Shown here: positions 7,795-15,597 of the stretch, piece by piece
Layout: each line of letters begins with the position of its first letter
How positions within the stretch are numbered: the first letter of the stretch is position 1
Assembly: GCA_023898645.1 (NCBI GenBank)
Contig: CP060232.1
Coordinates: 1 to 32,000, forward strand
Direction: 5' to 3'
Origin: Candidatus Saccharimonadota bacterium
GTDB taxonomy: Bacteria > Patescibacteriota > Saccharimonadia > Saccharimonadales > Saccharimonadaceae
DNA: 32,000 nucleotides
Notes under the pieces: generated by a model
Seen by the model: the letters and a program-made list of their open reading frames with translations, nothing else
What the model was told of the DNA's origin: nothing
Database searches by the model: none
Program-made: the position numbers and the translations under genes

Positions 7795-9130
7795 ACAGAC
7801 GCTCCCTTATTTCGGCAACTTGCTCGCGAATCGTGAAATCAAGTTTGATTGATTTCTCTATCTTTTCAATTGAGTGGATGGCGGTGGTGTGGTCTTTGCG
7901 GCCGAGCTCTCGAGCAATTTTAGGAAAGCTGAGATGTAGTTCGCTGCGGAGTAGATACATGGCAATCTGGCGAGGCGTGACGATATGTTTGTCGCGTTGA
8001 GCGCTGCAGATTTCAGAAGGACTAAGCGAGAAGTATTTAGCTGTCTTGTCGATGATTTGTTTTGCTGAGACGTGCTGTGGTCGCGATCGACGGACGCTAC
8101 CAAGTAATCCTTCGGCTGTTGAAATATCCGGCGTAACAGAACGCATCTCGGCGTAAGCAAGTAATTGATTGAGCGCTCCCTCTAGCTCACGAATATTCGT
8201 TTTGATGTTGTTTGCCAGATATTCGACCGTTTCACGATCAAGCTCAACTCCAGAGAGTGCTGCCTTGGCTTCAATAATGGCGCAGCGTGTTTCAAAATCA
8301 GGCATTTGTATGTCAATTGGCATGCCCATCTCGAAGCGGCTACGTAAACGCTCTGTGAGAGTCGGTATACTGCGTGGCGGTTTGTCGCTAGTGAGGATGA
8401 TTTGCTTGTTGTTCTGATGAAGCGCGTTAAACGTGTGAAAGAATTCTTCCTGTGTTTTTTCTTTATTGGCTATAAATTGCATGTCGTCGACAATTAAAAC
8501 GTCAACGTTTCGGTATTTGTCTGAAAAACCTTTCTTTTTGAAACGGATACTATCAAGAAATTCTTTAACGAACGTTTCGGAGCTTATATATAACACATGC
8601 GCGTCAGGTTGCCGCTTGATGATTTCATTGCCCACGGCTTGTGCGAGGTGAGTTTTACCAAGACCAACGCCACCATATAGAAAGAGCGGATTGTATTTGG
8701 TGCCGGGATACTGAGCAACAGCTTGGCAGGCTGTGTAGGCTAGGTCGTTGCTAGAGCCGACTATAAAGTTACTGAATGTATAGCGAGGATTAAGATTACC
8801 TGACTGTGTAGAAGTTGACCTTGCTTTGGTTTCTGTAGGTGATCGAAGTTCGCGCGTCGTCTCGCGGTTTATGGTAGAACGTCGGCTCGTTGTTTTGACG
8901 ATATATTCAATTTTTTCTGGATTAATGTCGTTTTTGGCAAGTGTCTGCTTAATTAAGTCGCTGAATTTTACTTGAAATTGCCGAACGGCAAAAATATTAG
9001 GGACAGCTATGACAACCTGGTCGTTGGTGGATTCAATCAGCTCGGTGTTTTTGAACCAAGTGACAAACGTCGCATGGGGAACAGACAATTCGATTTCCCC
9101 TAAGACACTTTGCCATAAAGAATGTTCCAC
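7787..9130 (-). CDS. dnaA: Chromosomal replication initiator protein DnaA
   Basis: 447 aa with a GTG start preceded by GGAGAGGGAG. AAA+ Walker A GGVGLGKTHL and Walker B DVLIVDDMQF. C-terminal DNA-binding domain (RQIAMYLLRSELHLSFPKIARELGRKDHTTAIHS). Confidence 0.95.
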   Translation of the reverse strand: MEHSLWQSVLGEIELSVPHATFVTWFKNTELIESTNDQVVIAVPNIFAVRQFQVKFSDLIKQTLAKNDINPEKIEYIVKTTSRRSTINRETTRELRSPTETKARSTSTQSGNLNPRYTFSNFIVGSSNDLAYTACQAVAQYPGTKYNPLFLYGGVGLGKTHLAQAVGNEIIKRQPDAHVLYISSETFVKEFLDSIRFKKKGFSDKYRNVDVLIVDDMQFIANKEKTQEEFFHTFNALHQNNKQIILTSDKPPRSIPTLTERLRSRFEMGMPIDIQMPDFETRCAIIEAKAALSGVELDRETVEYLANNIKTNIRELEGALNQLLAYAEMRSVTPDISTAEGLLGSVRRSRPQHVSAKQIIDKTAKYFSLSPSEICSAQRDKHIVTPRQIAMYLLRSELHLSFPKIARELGRKDHTTAIHSIEKIEKSIKLDFTIREQVAEIRERLYV

Positions 9131-9591
9131 AAATCTCCCTCTCCAGTCTAGAACTGGTTGGCATCTATTTGTCGGTAGCGAATTTTAAGCAGTTACTATG
9201 ATTTGATATTTACTTTCTCGTGACAAGGCGTATCTAGATGATACGTCGCGAAGCGAAAAGCGGATATCAAGTAGTAAAACTTGAAATTTTAGCCGGCATA
9301 TAGATGTTAACTAGTTCTCTTAACGCTGCGTCATCGACGCGGTGAATACTGGTTAGTACTATACGGTAGACGGAACTTTTCCACAACTACAAAAGAGATA
9401 AATTCAGACAGGCTTATTAGGGGAGGTATTTTTCCACAGTTTGGATCCTCATCTATAAATATGTGGATAAGTCTGAGAGTTTGGTGGATAAATTAGAACC
9501 CGTCTTTGAATTTTTTACAAATATAAATGGAAACTCAGGTGTGTGCCTTGACCTTGCGAAAATATGAAAAATACGGTAGAGTAGTACAGTT
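9131..9591. other. Candidate oriC (dnaA-rpmH intergenic region) with DnaA boxes and an AT-rich stretch
   Basis: A 461-bp non-coding gap. It contains TTTTCCACA at 9377-9385 and 9430-9438, a perfect box TGTGGATAA (reverse complement TTATCCACA) at 9462-9470, and GGTGGATAA at 9483-9491. The two plus-strand boxes face the two minus-strand boxes. An AT-rich run follows at about 9505-9535. The rpmH and dnaA promoters must also lie here. Confidence 0.6.
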
Positions 9592-9729
9592 ATGCCAAAG
9601 AGGACACACCAACCACACACACGACACCGTGCAAGGACGCATGGCTTTCGAGCGCGCGTTGCAACCAAGGCTGGTCGCGCAGTATTGAAGCGCCGCCGAC
9701 TTAAAGGTCGCGCAAAGGTTTCAATTTAA
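9592..9729 (+). CDS. rpmH: 50S ribosomal protein L34
   Basis: Not in the ORF track because it is under 60 aa. Hand translation gives [45 protein letters not shown] (45 aa), a typical L34 pattern (..THGFRAR..T..GR.VL..RR.KGR). Sits in the conserved position before rnpA. Confidence 0.92.
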   Translation: MPKRTHQPHTRHRARTHGFRARVATKAGRAVLKRRRLKGRAKVSI

Positions 9730-9730
9730 G

Positions 9731-9756
9731 AAACTCCGCCCAGTGGGCGGAGTTTT
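9731..9756 (+). terminator. Rho-independent terminator-like hairpin directly after rpmH
   Basis: AAACTCCGCCC (9731-9741) pairs perfectly with GGGCGGAGTTT (9745-9755) around a 3-nt loop, and the stem runs into TTTT (9753-9756). Confidence 0.55.
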
Positions 9757-9779
9757 CATAGTATTCTATATAGACAAAT

Positions 9780-10130
9780 ATGATAGCTTTTGAAAATCGC
9801 TTTCACGGCCACGGTAGCCTCAAGTACGTATATGCACACGGACATACGGTGCGTTCTCATTTGATGGCGCTTAAATACACCACTCACCCAAAGCGCAACA
9901 AACCACGAGCTGCGGTTGTGGTGAGTAAAAAGGTGCTCAAGCACGCCGTAGGAAGGAATCGTATACGACGTCGTATCTATGAAATTATTCGTCTTGAGTT
10001 ACCTGAGCTGCACCAAAATCGTGACTTGGTGTTTCTTGTGTTTTCGGCAGAGGTACTCACAGTACCGCACGAAGAGCTGACGGAGATCGTCCGGCAGCTA
10101 CTTGCATCTGCTGGTGTCTATAAAAAATAG
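9780..10130 (+). CDS. rnpA: Ribonuclease P protein component
   Basis: 116 aa and basic. Carries the RNR motif region KKVLKHAVGRNRIRRRIYEIIR. Lies in rpmH-rnpA-yidC synteny. Confidence 0.88.
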   Translation: MIAFENRFHGHGSLKYVYAHGHTVRSHLMALKYTTHPKRNKPRAAVVVSKKVLKHAVGRNRIRRRIYEIIRLELPELHQNRDLVFLVFSAEVLTVPHEELTEIVRQLLASAGVYKK

Positions 10131-10185
10131 TAAAAAAATGGTACCATGGAGGAAACTAATGTGCCCGATTGTGGAGTGTTAAAAC

Positions 10186-11151
10186 GTGAACATTTTTGAA
10201 ATTCTTATTGTCCAACCGCTATTCAACCTACTAATGTTGCTTTACGCAGTAATACCTGGTGCTGATTTTGGCGTCAGTATCATACTGTTCACTATCCTCC
10301 TCAGGATCGCACTATACCCTCTTGTTAAACGACAGCTTCACCAGACGAAGGCTATGCGTAAGCTCCAGCCAGAGCTGGAACTAATCAAGAAGCGGACAAA
10401 GGGTAATCGCCAACTTCAGGGCGTTCAGATGATGGAGCTCTATAAGCGCCACGGAGTTAGTCCATTCCGTTCTATCGGTATTGTCGCTATTCAGATCCCA
10501 ATCTTTATCGCACTTTACTTGGTCATTCGTATATTTACACTTCATCGCGATCAGCTAGCTCAATACACATATGATTTCTTGCAGAATATCGGGCCAATTA
10601 AACACGTCCTTGATCACCCGGAAGCGTTTAATGAAAAGCTCTTTGGTTTCGTTGATCTTACAAACCAGGCTATCGCTGCAGACGGCATTAATATCGTTTT
10701 GATCCTACTAGCTGTAGTGGCTGCTGTTGGCCAATACTACCAAAGCAAGCAAACATTGCCACAGGTAGACAATAAACGTAGTTTACGTGAAATTCTAAGT
10801 GAAGCCGCGAGCGGCAAAGAAGCTGACCAGTCAGACATCAACAACGCTATTATGGGTAAGATGGTATATGTACTACCATTCTTTATGTTGTTTATTATGC
10901 TTAGTTTGCCAGGTGCAATTTCACTTTACTATGCGACTAACACTATCGTTGCTGTGATACAACAAGGTAGAGTCTTGCGTGAAGACGAAGAAGAACTGGA
11001 AGACATGGCTGATCACCCTAAAAAATCAGGCAAAAAAGCCACCGCTAAAGCTCGAGCGCGCACCGCCGAAGAAGCGACCGTTACAAGAATCGTTGCAAAA
11101 GGCTCACGCCCTAATAAACAAAACGACCGCAGTAAAGGAGGGAAATCATGA
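10186..11151 (+). CDS. yidC: Membrane protein insertase YidC/Oxa1 family (short form with a basic C-terminal tail)
   Basis: 321 aa with a GTG start and GGAG 9 nt upstream. Multi-TM protein with the conserved LYPLVKRQ..MRKLQPE..IKK..K motif and a Lys/Arg-rich tail. TGA stop. Confidence 0.9.
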   Translation: MNIFEILIVQPLFNLLMLLYAVIPGADFGVSIILFTILLRIALYPLVKRQLHQTKAMRKLQPELELIKKRTKGNRQLQGVQMMELYKRHGVSPFRSIGIVAIQIPIFIALYLVIRIFTLHRDQLAQYTYDFLQNIGPIKHVLDHPEAFNEKLFGFVDLTNQAIAADGINIVLILLAVVAAVGQYYQSKQTLPQVDNKRSLREILSEAASGKEADQSDINNAIMGKMVYVLPFFMLFIMLSLPGAISLYYATNTIVAVIQQGRVLREDEEELEDMADHPKKSGKKATAKARARTAEEATVTRIVAKGSRPNKQNDRSKGGKS

Positions 11152-11609
11152 ATAGTCAGGAATCTCTAGAAGAGGCAAAGAAATACTTAGCCGATACGCT
11201 GTCGTTTTTTGGTGTGAATGTTGAGGTTGAGGGGCATTTAGACGAAGACGTTATAGAACTAAACGTACCATCTACCGACATCAATAGTTTACTTATAGGT
11301 CGCAACGCTGAAACGCTTCGTAGTATGCAACTTTTGGTATCTACGATGCTTCGCACAAAAGAAGCGGAGGTGTCACGGGTTAATATCGACATTGCTGACT
11401 ACAAGAAGCAGCGTGCTGAAAAGGTTGCCGAACAAGCTCGCGAGTGGATCAAAGAAGTGTTAGAAACCGGTGATTCGCATGTTGCTAAACTTAACGCCGC
11501 TGATCGTCGTGTCGTACACCACGTAGCGAGTGAATTCGAAAACATCCAGACGTTTTCTGAAGGCGAAGGCCGCGATAGGCGCATCATTATAGCTCAACAA
11601 AGCTCATAA
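11148..11609 (+). CDS. jag: Jag/KhpB-like RNA-binding protein (KH plus R3H domains, no long N-terminal Jag_N region)
   Basis: 153 aa. ATGA overlap with yidC. R3H-like C-terminus (LNAADRRVVHHVASEFENIQTFSEGEGRDRRIII). Conserved position after yidC. Confidence 0.8.
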   Translation: MNSQESLEEAKKYLADTLSFFGVNVEVEGHLDEDVIELNVPSTDINSLLIGRNAETLRSMQLLVSTMLRTKEAEVSRVNIDIADYKKQRAEKVAEQAREWIKEVLETGDSHVAKLNAADRRVVHHVASEFENIQTFSEGEGRDRRIIIAQQSS

Positions 11610-11648
11610 TCTATAGATTCTATCAGGTAATTAGAAGTAAGTACTGAG

Positions 11649-12770
11649 TTACTGTGTTTTAGATTTATCTAAAGCGTTGTTATAGACGTCGAGTGTTTGC
11701 CCAGCCATGCGCTTCCAGGAGTATTTCTTAACCTGTAAGGCGCCGCGGCGTATGAGTTCTTGTCGTACTTTAGAGCTGTCGAGGATTCTACTTACTTGCT
11801 TGGCGATGTCTTGTGGTTTAGAAGGGGCGAAATAGAGCGCGGCGTCGCCGAGTACTTCAGGTAGACAAGTGGCATTACTGCTAGCAACTGGTGCTCGGTG
11901 TTTCATGGCTTCAAGTGCAGGCAACCCAAAGCCTTCCATGTAACTCGGAAATACATAAGTAGCGCAATGAGTATAGAACCATGCTAGTTGCGCATCGGTG
12001 GCAAAGCCGAAGAACTCAATTTTACGGTAGCCTTTGGCGTATGCCCACTCCTCTAGCTCGCGACTAGTGCGATCGCGGTTGCCGATGATAACCAGGTGTA
12101 GATCGGGGTGGGTCTTGCGGAGTTTATGGTGCGCGATTATGGCGCCTTTTTGATTTTTGTATGATTCCGCCCGACCAACGACAATCATGAATTTTTTTCC
12201 TACGTATCGTTGAGTTGGTTCTGCCTTTTTAGACACTAAATCCGCAGCTTCGTACGTGACTACGACTTTATATGGTGGTATTGATTGAAATTTAAGTAAA
12301 TCATCTTTTGTATATTGCGTTGGCGTCAACACAAAAGCTGAGCGCTTTACGACTTTGCGGAGGAGTCGGCGGAATACTCGTTGTTTAAATCTAAGCGTGC
12401 GCTTGGACATACCTTCGTTTTCTTTGATACGAAGGAGGTTAAGGTCGTGGACGGTTGTGACAGACAAGCCGCGGTAGAGTAGCGGTTGCTGTGGCATGCA
12501 GAAATGAACTAAGTCTGGTTTGAGCCTGCGCAAGAAAAAGTAAAAACGAAACTGCTCGGCTAGGGAGTACTGATGATAATCCGCAACGACGATTTTGAAA
12601 TTATCTTTACGTGGTTTCCAGTAGTCTACGTCTTTGGCGCGTACAAGTACACTGTATTGGTGCGGTGAATCAAGCCGTTCCAGGTAGGTGAGAAGCCGCT
12701 CTATATAGCGACCAGTGCTGGAGTTGATAATGCGAGCATCAATCGCGATGTGCTTGGGTGGAGTTTTCAT
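11649..12770 (-). CDS. GT-B fold glycosyltransferase, family 4-like
   Basis: 373 aa with the typical GT4 C-terminal motif (FPSYMEGFGLPALEAMKHRAPVASSNATCLPEVLGDAALYF). Confidence 0.85.
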   Translation of the reverse strand: MKTPPKHIAIDARIINSSTGRYIERLLTYLERLDSPHQYSVLVRAKDVDYWKPRKDNFKIVVADYHQYSLAEQFRFYFFLRRLKPDLVHFCMPQQPLLYRGLSVTTVHDLNLLRIKENEGMSKRTLRFKQRVFRRLLRKVVKRSAFVLTPTQYTKDDLLKFQSIPPYKVVVTYEAADLVSKKAEPTQRYVGKKFMIVVGRAESYKNQKGAIIAHHKLRKTHPDLHLVIIGNRDRTSRELEEWAYAKGYRKIEFFGFATDAQLAWFYTHCATYVFPSYMEGFGLPALEAMKHRAPVASSNATCLPEVLGDAALYFAPSKPQDIAKQVSRILDSSKVRQELIRRGALQVKKYSWKRMAGQTLDVYNNALDKSKTQ

Positions 12771-13711
12771 TTCTTACTCTTCTTTTTGTGGTATTCATCA
12801 ACAAAGTATAACGGCCGCTGCTTAGTTTCGTGAAATATCCGCCCTACGTATTCACCAATAATACCAAGCGACAGTAGCTGAACTCCACCAAGAAACAAAA
12901 TTGCCGCCATAGTCGACGGGTAACCGGCGATATCTGCGCCATAGAGCAACGTACGTGCAATTAAGTAGATGATATAGATGAACGCTAGAAACGACACTGT
13001 CATGCCGAGAATGGTCGAAAACCGTAGCGGTGCAGTGGTGAACGATACAAAACCGTCGACTGCTAGGTTTATAAGCTTGAAGTAATTCCACTTGGTGGCG
13101 CCGGCAACTCGCGGATCGCGTACGTAGGAAATCTCTTTTTTGCGGTAACCAATCCAACTAAACAGGCCTTTGGTGTAGCGTTCACTTTCGCGTAGTTGCT
13201 GGAGTGCTTGCACGCAGCGACGGTCGAGTAGGCGAAAATCGCCAGTGTCGCGCTGAATCTGGATGTTGGTTGAGCGCTGGAGTATACGGTAGAACCACGA
13301 CGACGTCTTGCGCTTGAGCCACGACTCACCTATACGAGCAGCTCGGCGGGCGTAGACGTCATCGTAACCTTCCTCCCATAGCTTAATCATGTCGGGTATA
13401 AGTTCTGGTGGATCTTGCAAGTCGGCGTCTATGATCACGAGTGCATCGCTCTGTACGTGGTCTATACCGGCAATCATGGCAATTTCTTTACCAAAGTTAC
13501 GTGAAAGATTAACGTAGCTTATCGACGTGTCTTTTTTGGCAAAGTTTTTTATTAATTTCAATGAGCCGTCTGTGCTGCCATCATTTACAAACAAAAGCTC
13601 AAAAGAATAGTTGGGGAGTGATTTCACGAGACTCGTGAGTCGTTTATGAAGTTTTGGTAATACTTCTTCCTCGTTGTAAGTGGGAATCAGGATCGTGATG
13701 GACTTCGTCAT
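12767..13711 (-). CDS. GT2 polyprenyl-phosphate glycosyltransferase (GtrB/ArnC/DPM1-like) with two C-terminal TM helices
   Basis: 314 aa. Motifs ILIPTYNEE, FVNDGSTDGS, IIDADLQDPPE. C-terminal TM pair ending in the GIIGEYVGRIF motif typical of this subfamily. Confidence 0.85.
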   Translation of the reverse strand: MTKSITILIPTYNEEEVLPKLHKRLTSLVKSLPNYSFELLFVNDGSTDGSLKLIKNFAKKDTSISYVNLSRNFGKEIAMIAGIDHVQSDALVIIDADLQDPPELIPDMIKLWEEGYDDVYARRAARIGESWLKRKTSSWFYRILQRSTNIQIQRDTGDFRLLDRRCVQALQQLRESERYTKGLFSWIGYRKKEISYVRDPRVAGATKWNYFKLINLAVDGFVSFTTAPLRFSTILGMTVSFLAFIYIIYLIARTLLYGADIAGYPSTMAAILFLGGVQLLSLGIIGEYVGRIFHETKQRPLYFVDEYHKKKSKK

Positions 13712-13759
13712 ACTTTCCTCAGTATAGCACTTTTACAGAGGTTGAGGCGTCGATTACTG

Positions 13760-14773
13760 TTATTTTCCAGTGAAGATTTTGCGAAATTTTCGTAGCCCTG
13801 TTTGGTTGGGCGGCAGGTCGTGAACGATGACAGAGTTAATATAATTAGTTGATACTGATTTACCTCTTTGAATTATCCACCGCTGATGAACTGTATGGGG
13901 TATGTATATAAATGAATACCAAACACCCTTTACAGCCGGCCATGCCTTACCACTAACCAATGCCTTGAGTAATATTAGGTTGTAAGCAATAAAAAAACGG
14001 ATACCGATAGGTAATAGGAGATTACGCGGTGTATTTTTCCAAAATAACATCGGAAGATTTTTAAAGGTTTGATATACGGTGAATCCTGGGACCATTTTTT
14101 TGCTTGTTTCACCCTGGTGATGAGTAACGAATGATTTTGGATTATATACAACTTTCCAACCCGCAAGTTGCGCACGGAAACTAATATCAGTATCTTCGTA
14201 GTAAGCAAAAAACTTTTCGTCGAATAAACCAATGTCACGAAAAAGTGCAGTTTTGTATAAACTTGCTCCGCCGCTAGCCCCAAAGACGAATTCTTTCTCG
14301 TGGTAGCTGTCTACAGACTTTCCGCGGCCACGTGGGTAAGGCAAGCCCCATGTCGTATAAAATTCACCTGTACTATCGAGGATTGAGCCGTCTTTGAGTT
14401 TGATGCAGCAGGTTGCGATACCGATCTTAATGTCGTCTTGTATTGAATTTACGAGTTCAGACAACCATTCACTATCAGCCACGGCATCGTTATTAAAAAG
14501 TGCCACAGCGTCGTAACCATGTTTGATTGTGTAAGATATGCCAACATTTACGCCACCTGCAAAACCAAGATTCTTCTCATTTTGTAAAATGGTTATTTTG
14601 TCATTGTATGATTTGAGGATATCGAGAGAGTTATCCCTTGATCCATTCTCTACAATGATAATATCGGCAGACATATCTTGTTGTAGTAGGGAATCGATAG
14701 CCTCCTCAATAAAGTCCGCACCATTGAAGTTGGGAATTACAACCGCTAGCTTCTCTATCGACTTATGGGACAT
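13760..14773 (-). CDS. GT2 glycosyltransferase (rhamnosyltransferase-like subgroup)
   Basis: 337 aa. Motifs VVIPNFNGADFI, VENGSRDNS, NLGFAGGVNVGI, FNNDAV, FFAYYEDTDISFRAQLAGW. Confidence 0.8.
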   Translation of the reverse strand: MSHKSIEKLAVVIPNFNGADFIEEAIDSLLQQDMSADIIIVENGSRDNSLDILKSYNDKITILQNEKNLGFAGGVNVGISYTIKHGYDAVALFNNDAVADSEWLSELVNSIQDDIKIGIATCCIKLKDGSILDSTGEFYTTWGLPYPRGRGKSVDSYHEKEFVFGASGGASLYKTALFRDIGLFDEKFFAYYEDTDISFRAQLAGWKVVYNPKSFVTHHQGETSKKMVPGFTVYQTFKNLPMLFWKNTPRNLLLPIGIRFFIAYNLILLKALVSGKAWPAVKGVWYSFIYIPHTVHQRWIIQRGKSVSTNYINSVIVHDLPPNQTGLRKFRKIFTGK

Positions 14774-14786
14774 ACCACTTTATAAT
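14758..14786 (+). promoter_or_regulatory. Candidate sigma70-type promoter for wzm (TCGACT-17 nt-TATAAT)
   Basis: A perfect TATAAT at 14781-14786 lies only 10 nt before the ATG at 14797. The -35-like TCGACT at 14758-14763 lies inside the divergent GT2 coding sequence. Confidence 0.35.
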
Positions 14787-14796
14787 ACAGTAAAAG

Positions 14797-15597
14797 ATGA
14801 AACAATTTGTCTCAAAATCAAACCGTGCATTACTGTCGGAACTGGTACGGACAGACTTCAAACTACGATATCAGGGATCGCTGCTTGGGTACGCATGGTC
14901 GCTATTAAAACCCCTTCTCCTCTTTATTATTCTTTACGTTGTATTTGTTTATTTTCTAAGGATAGGCAAGGGAATTCCGCATTTTCCTGTGTATTTATTG
15001 CTCGGAATTGTATTATGGAATTTCTTCGTTGAGATGACGATGCAAAGTCTTAGTTCTATTGTTGGACGAGGCGACCTTATCCGAAAAATCCGTATACCAC
15101 GGTGGATGATTGTATTTTCAAGTAGTATATCGGCAACGATAAATCTATTCCTTAGTCTTATTGTTGTTATTGTTTTTATGGTAATAAACCAGGTTCCTAT
15201 AGGTGTAGGGATATTAATACTTCCACTATATGCACTTCTCATATATCTGTTCGCACTTGGCTGTTCATTATTTTTAGCTGCTGCATATGTAAAGTTTCGT
15301 GATTTGAGTTATATATGGGAAGTTGTCTTGCAAGCTGGGTTTTATGCGACACCAATTATCTACCCACTACAGCTTATTCACGACCAATTTATTGTAAAAA
15401 TTCTACTTCTTAATCCAATAGCGTTTGCGGTCCAGGGTGCTAGATACTATCTTGTCACACACGAAACTATAACGGCACAAGGCGTTTGGGGTGGATCATG
15501 GTATATTCTCGTTCCTCTCTTCTTTACTATCTTAATTCTTATCTTTGGTCTACTTTACTTTAAGAGTCAGGCTCGAACTTTTGCGGAGAATATATAA
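14797..15597 (+). CDS. wzm: ABC-2 type polysaccharide/teichoic-acid export permease
   Basis: 266 aa with about 6 TM helices. N-terminal LVRTDFKLRYQGSLLGYAWSLLKPLL motif typical of Wzm/TagG/RfbA permeases. Directly coupled to the ATPase gene. Confidence 0.85.
   Translation: MKQFVSKSNRALLSELVRTDFKLRYQGSLLGYAWSLLKPLLLFIILYVVFVYFLRIGKGIPHFPVYLLLGIVLWNFFVEMTMQSLSSIVGRGDLIRKIRIPRWMIVFSSSISATINLFLSLIVVIVFMVINQVPIGVGILILPLYALLIYLFALGCSLFLAAAYVKFRDLSYIWEVVLQAGFYATPIIYPLQLIHDQFIVKILLLNPIAFAVQGARYYLVTHETITAQGVWGGSWYILVPLFFTILILIFGLLYFKSQARTFAENI

Noticed and set aside
7540-7836. A 98-aa plus-strand ORF across the dnaA-dnaN spacer and into the dnaA 3' end.
   Set aside because: It is antisense to dnaA, has no RBS, and has a Cys/Gly/Arg-rich composition typical of shadow frames. 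I consider the same-strand 93-aa ORF the more plausible candidate.
9453-9668. A 71-aa minus-strand ORF.
   Set aside because: It is antisense to rpmH and runs through the DnaA boxes and the promoter region. It looks like a shadow ORF.
11610-11648. Possible bidirectional terminator between the convergent jag and GT4 genes.
   Set aside because: The only structure is a 5-bp AT-rich stem (AGTAA/TTACT) with an 8-nt loop, which is too weak to call.
13712-13759. Treating the AT-rich glycan block as a mobile genomic island with defined ends.
   Set aside because: I found no integrase, transposase, tRNA or direct or inverted repeats at either boundary (13712-13759 or about 27634). Only the composition shift is supported.
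14538-15032. A 164-aa plus-strand ORF spanning the GT2/wzm junction.
   Set aside because: It is out of frame with wzm and antisense to the GT2 gene. Both neighbours have clear family motifs, and this ORF has none.
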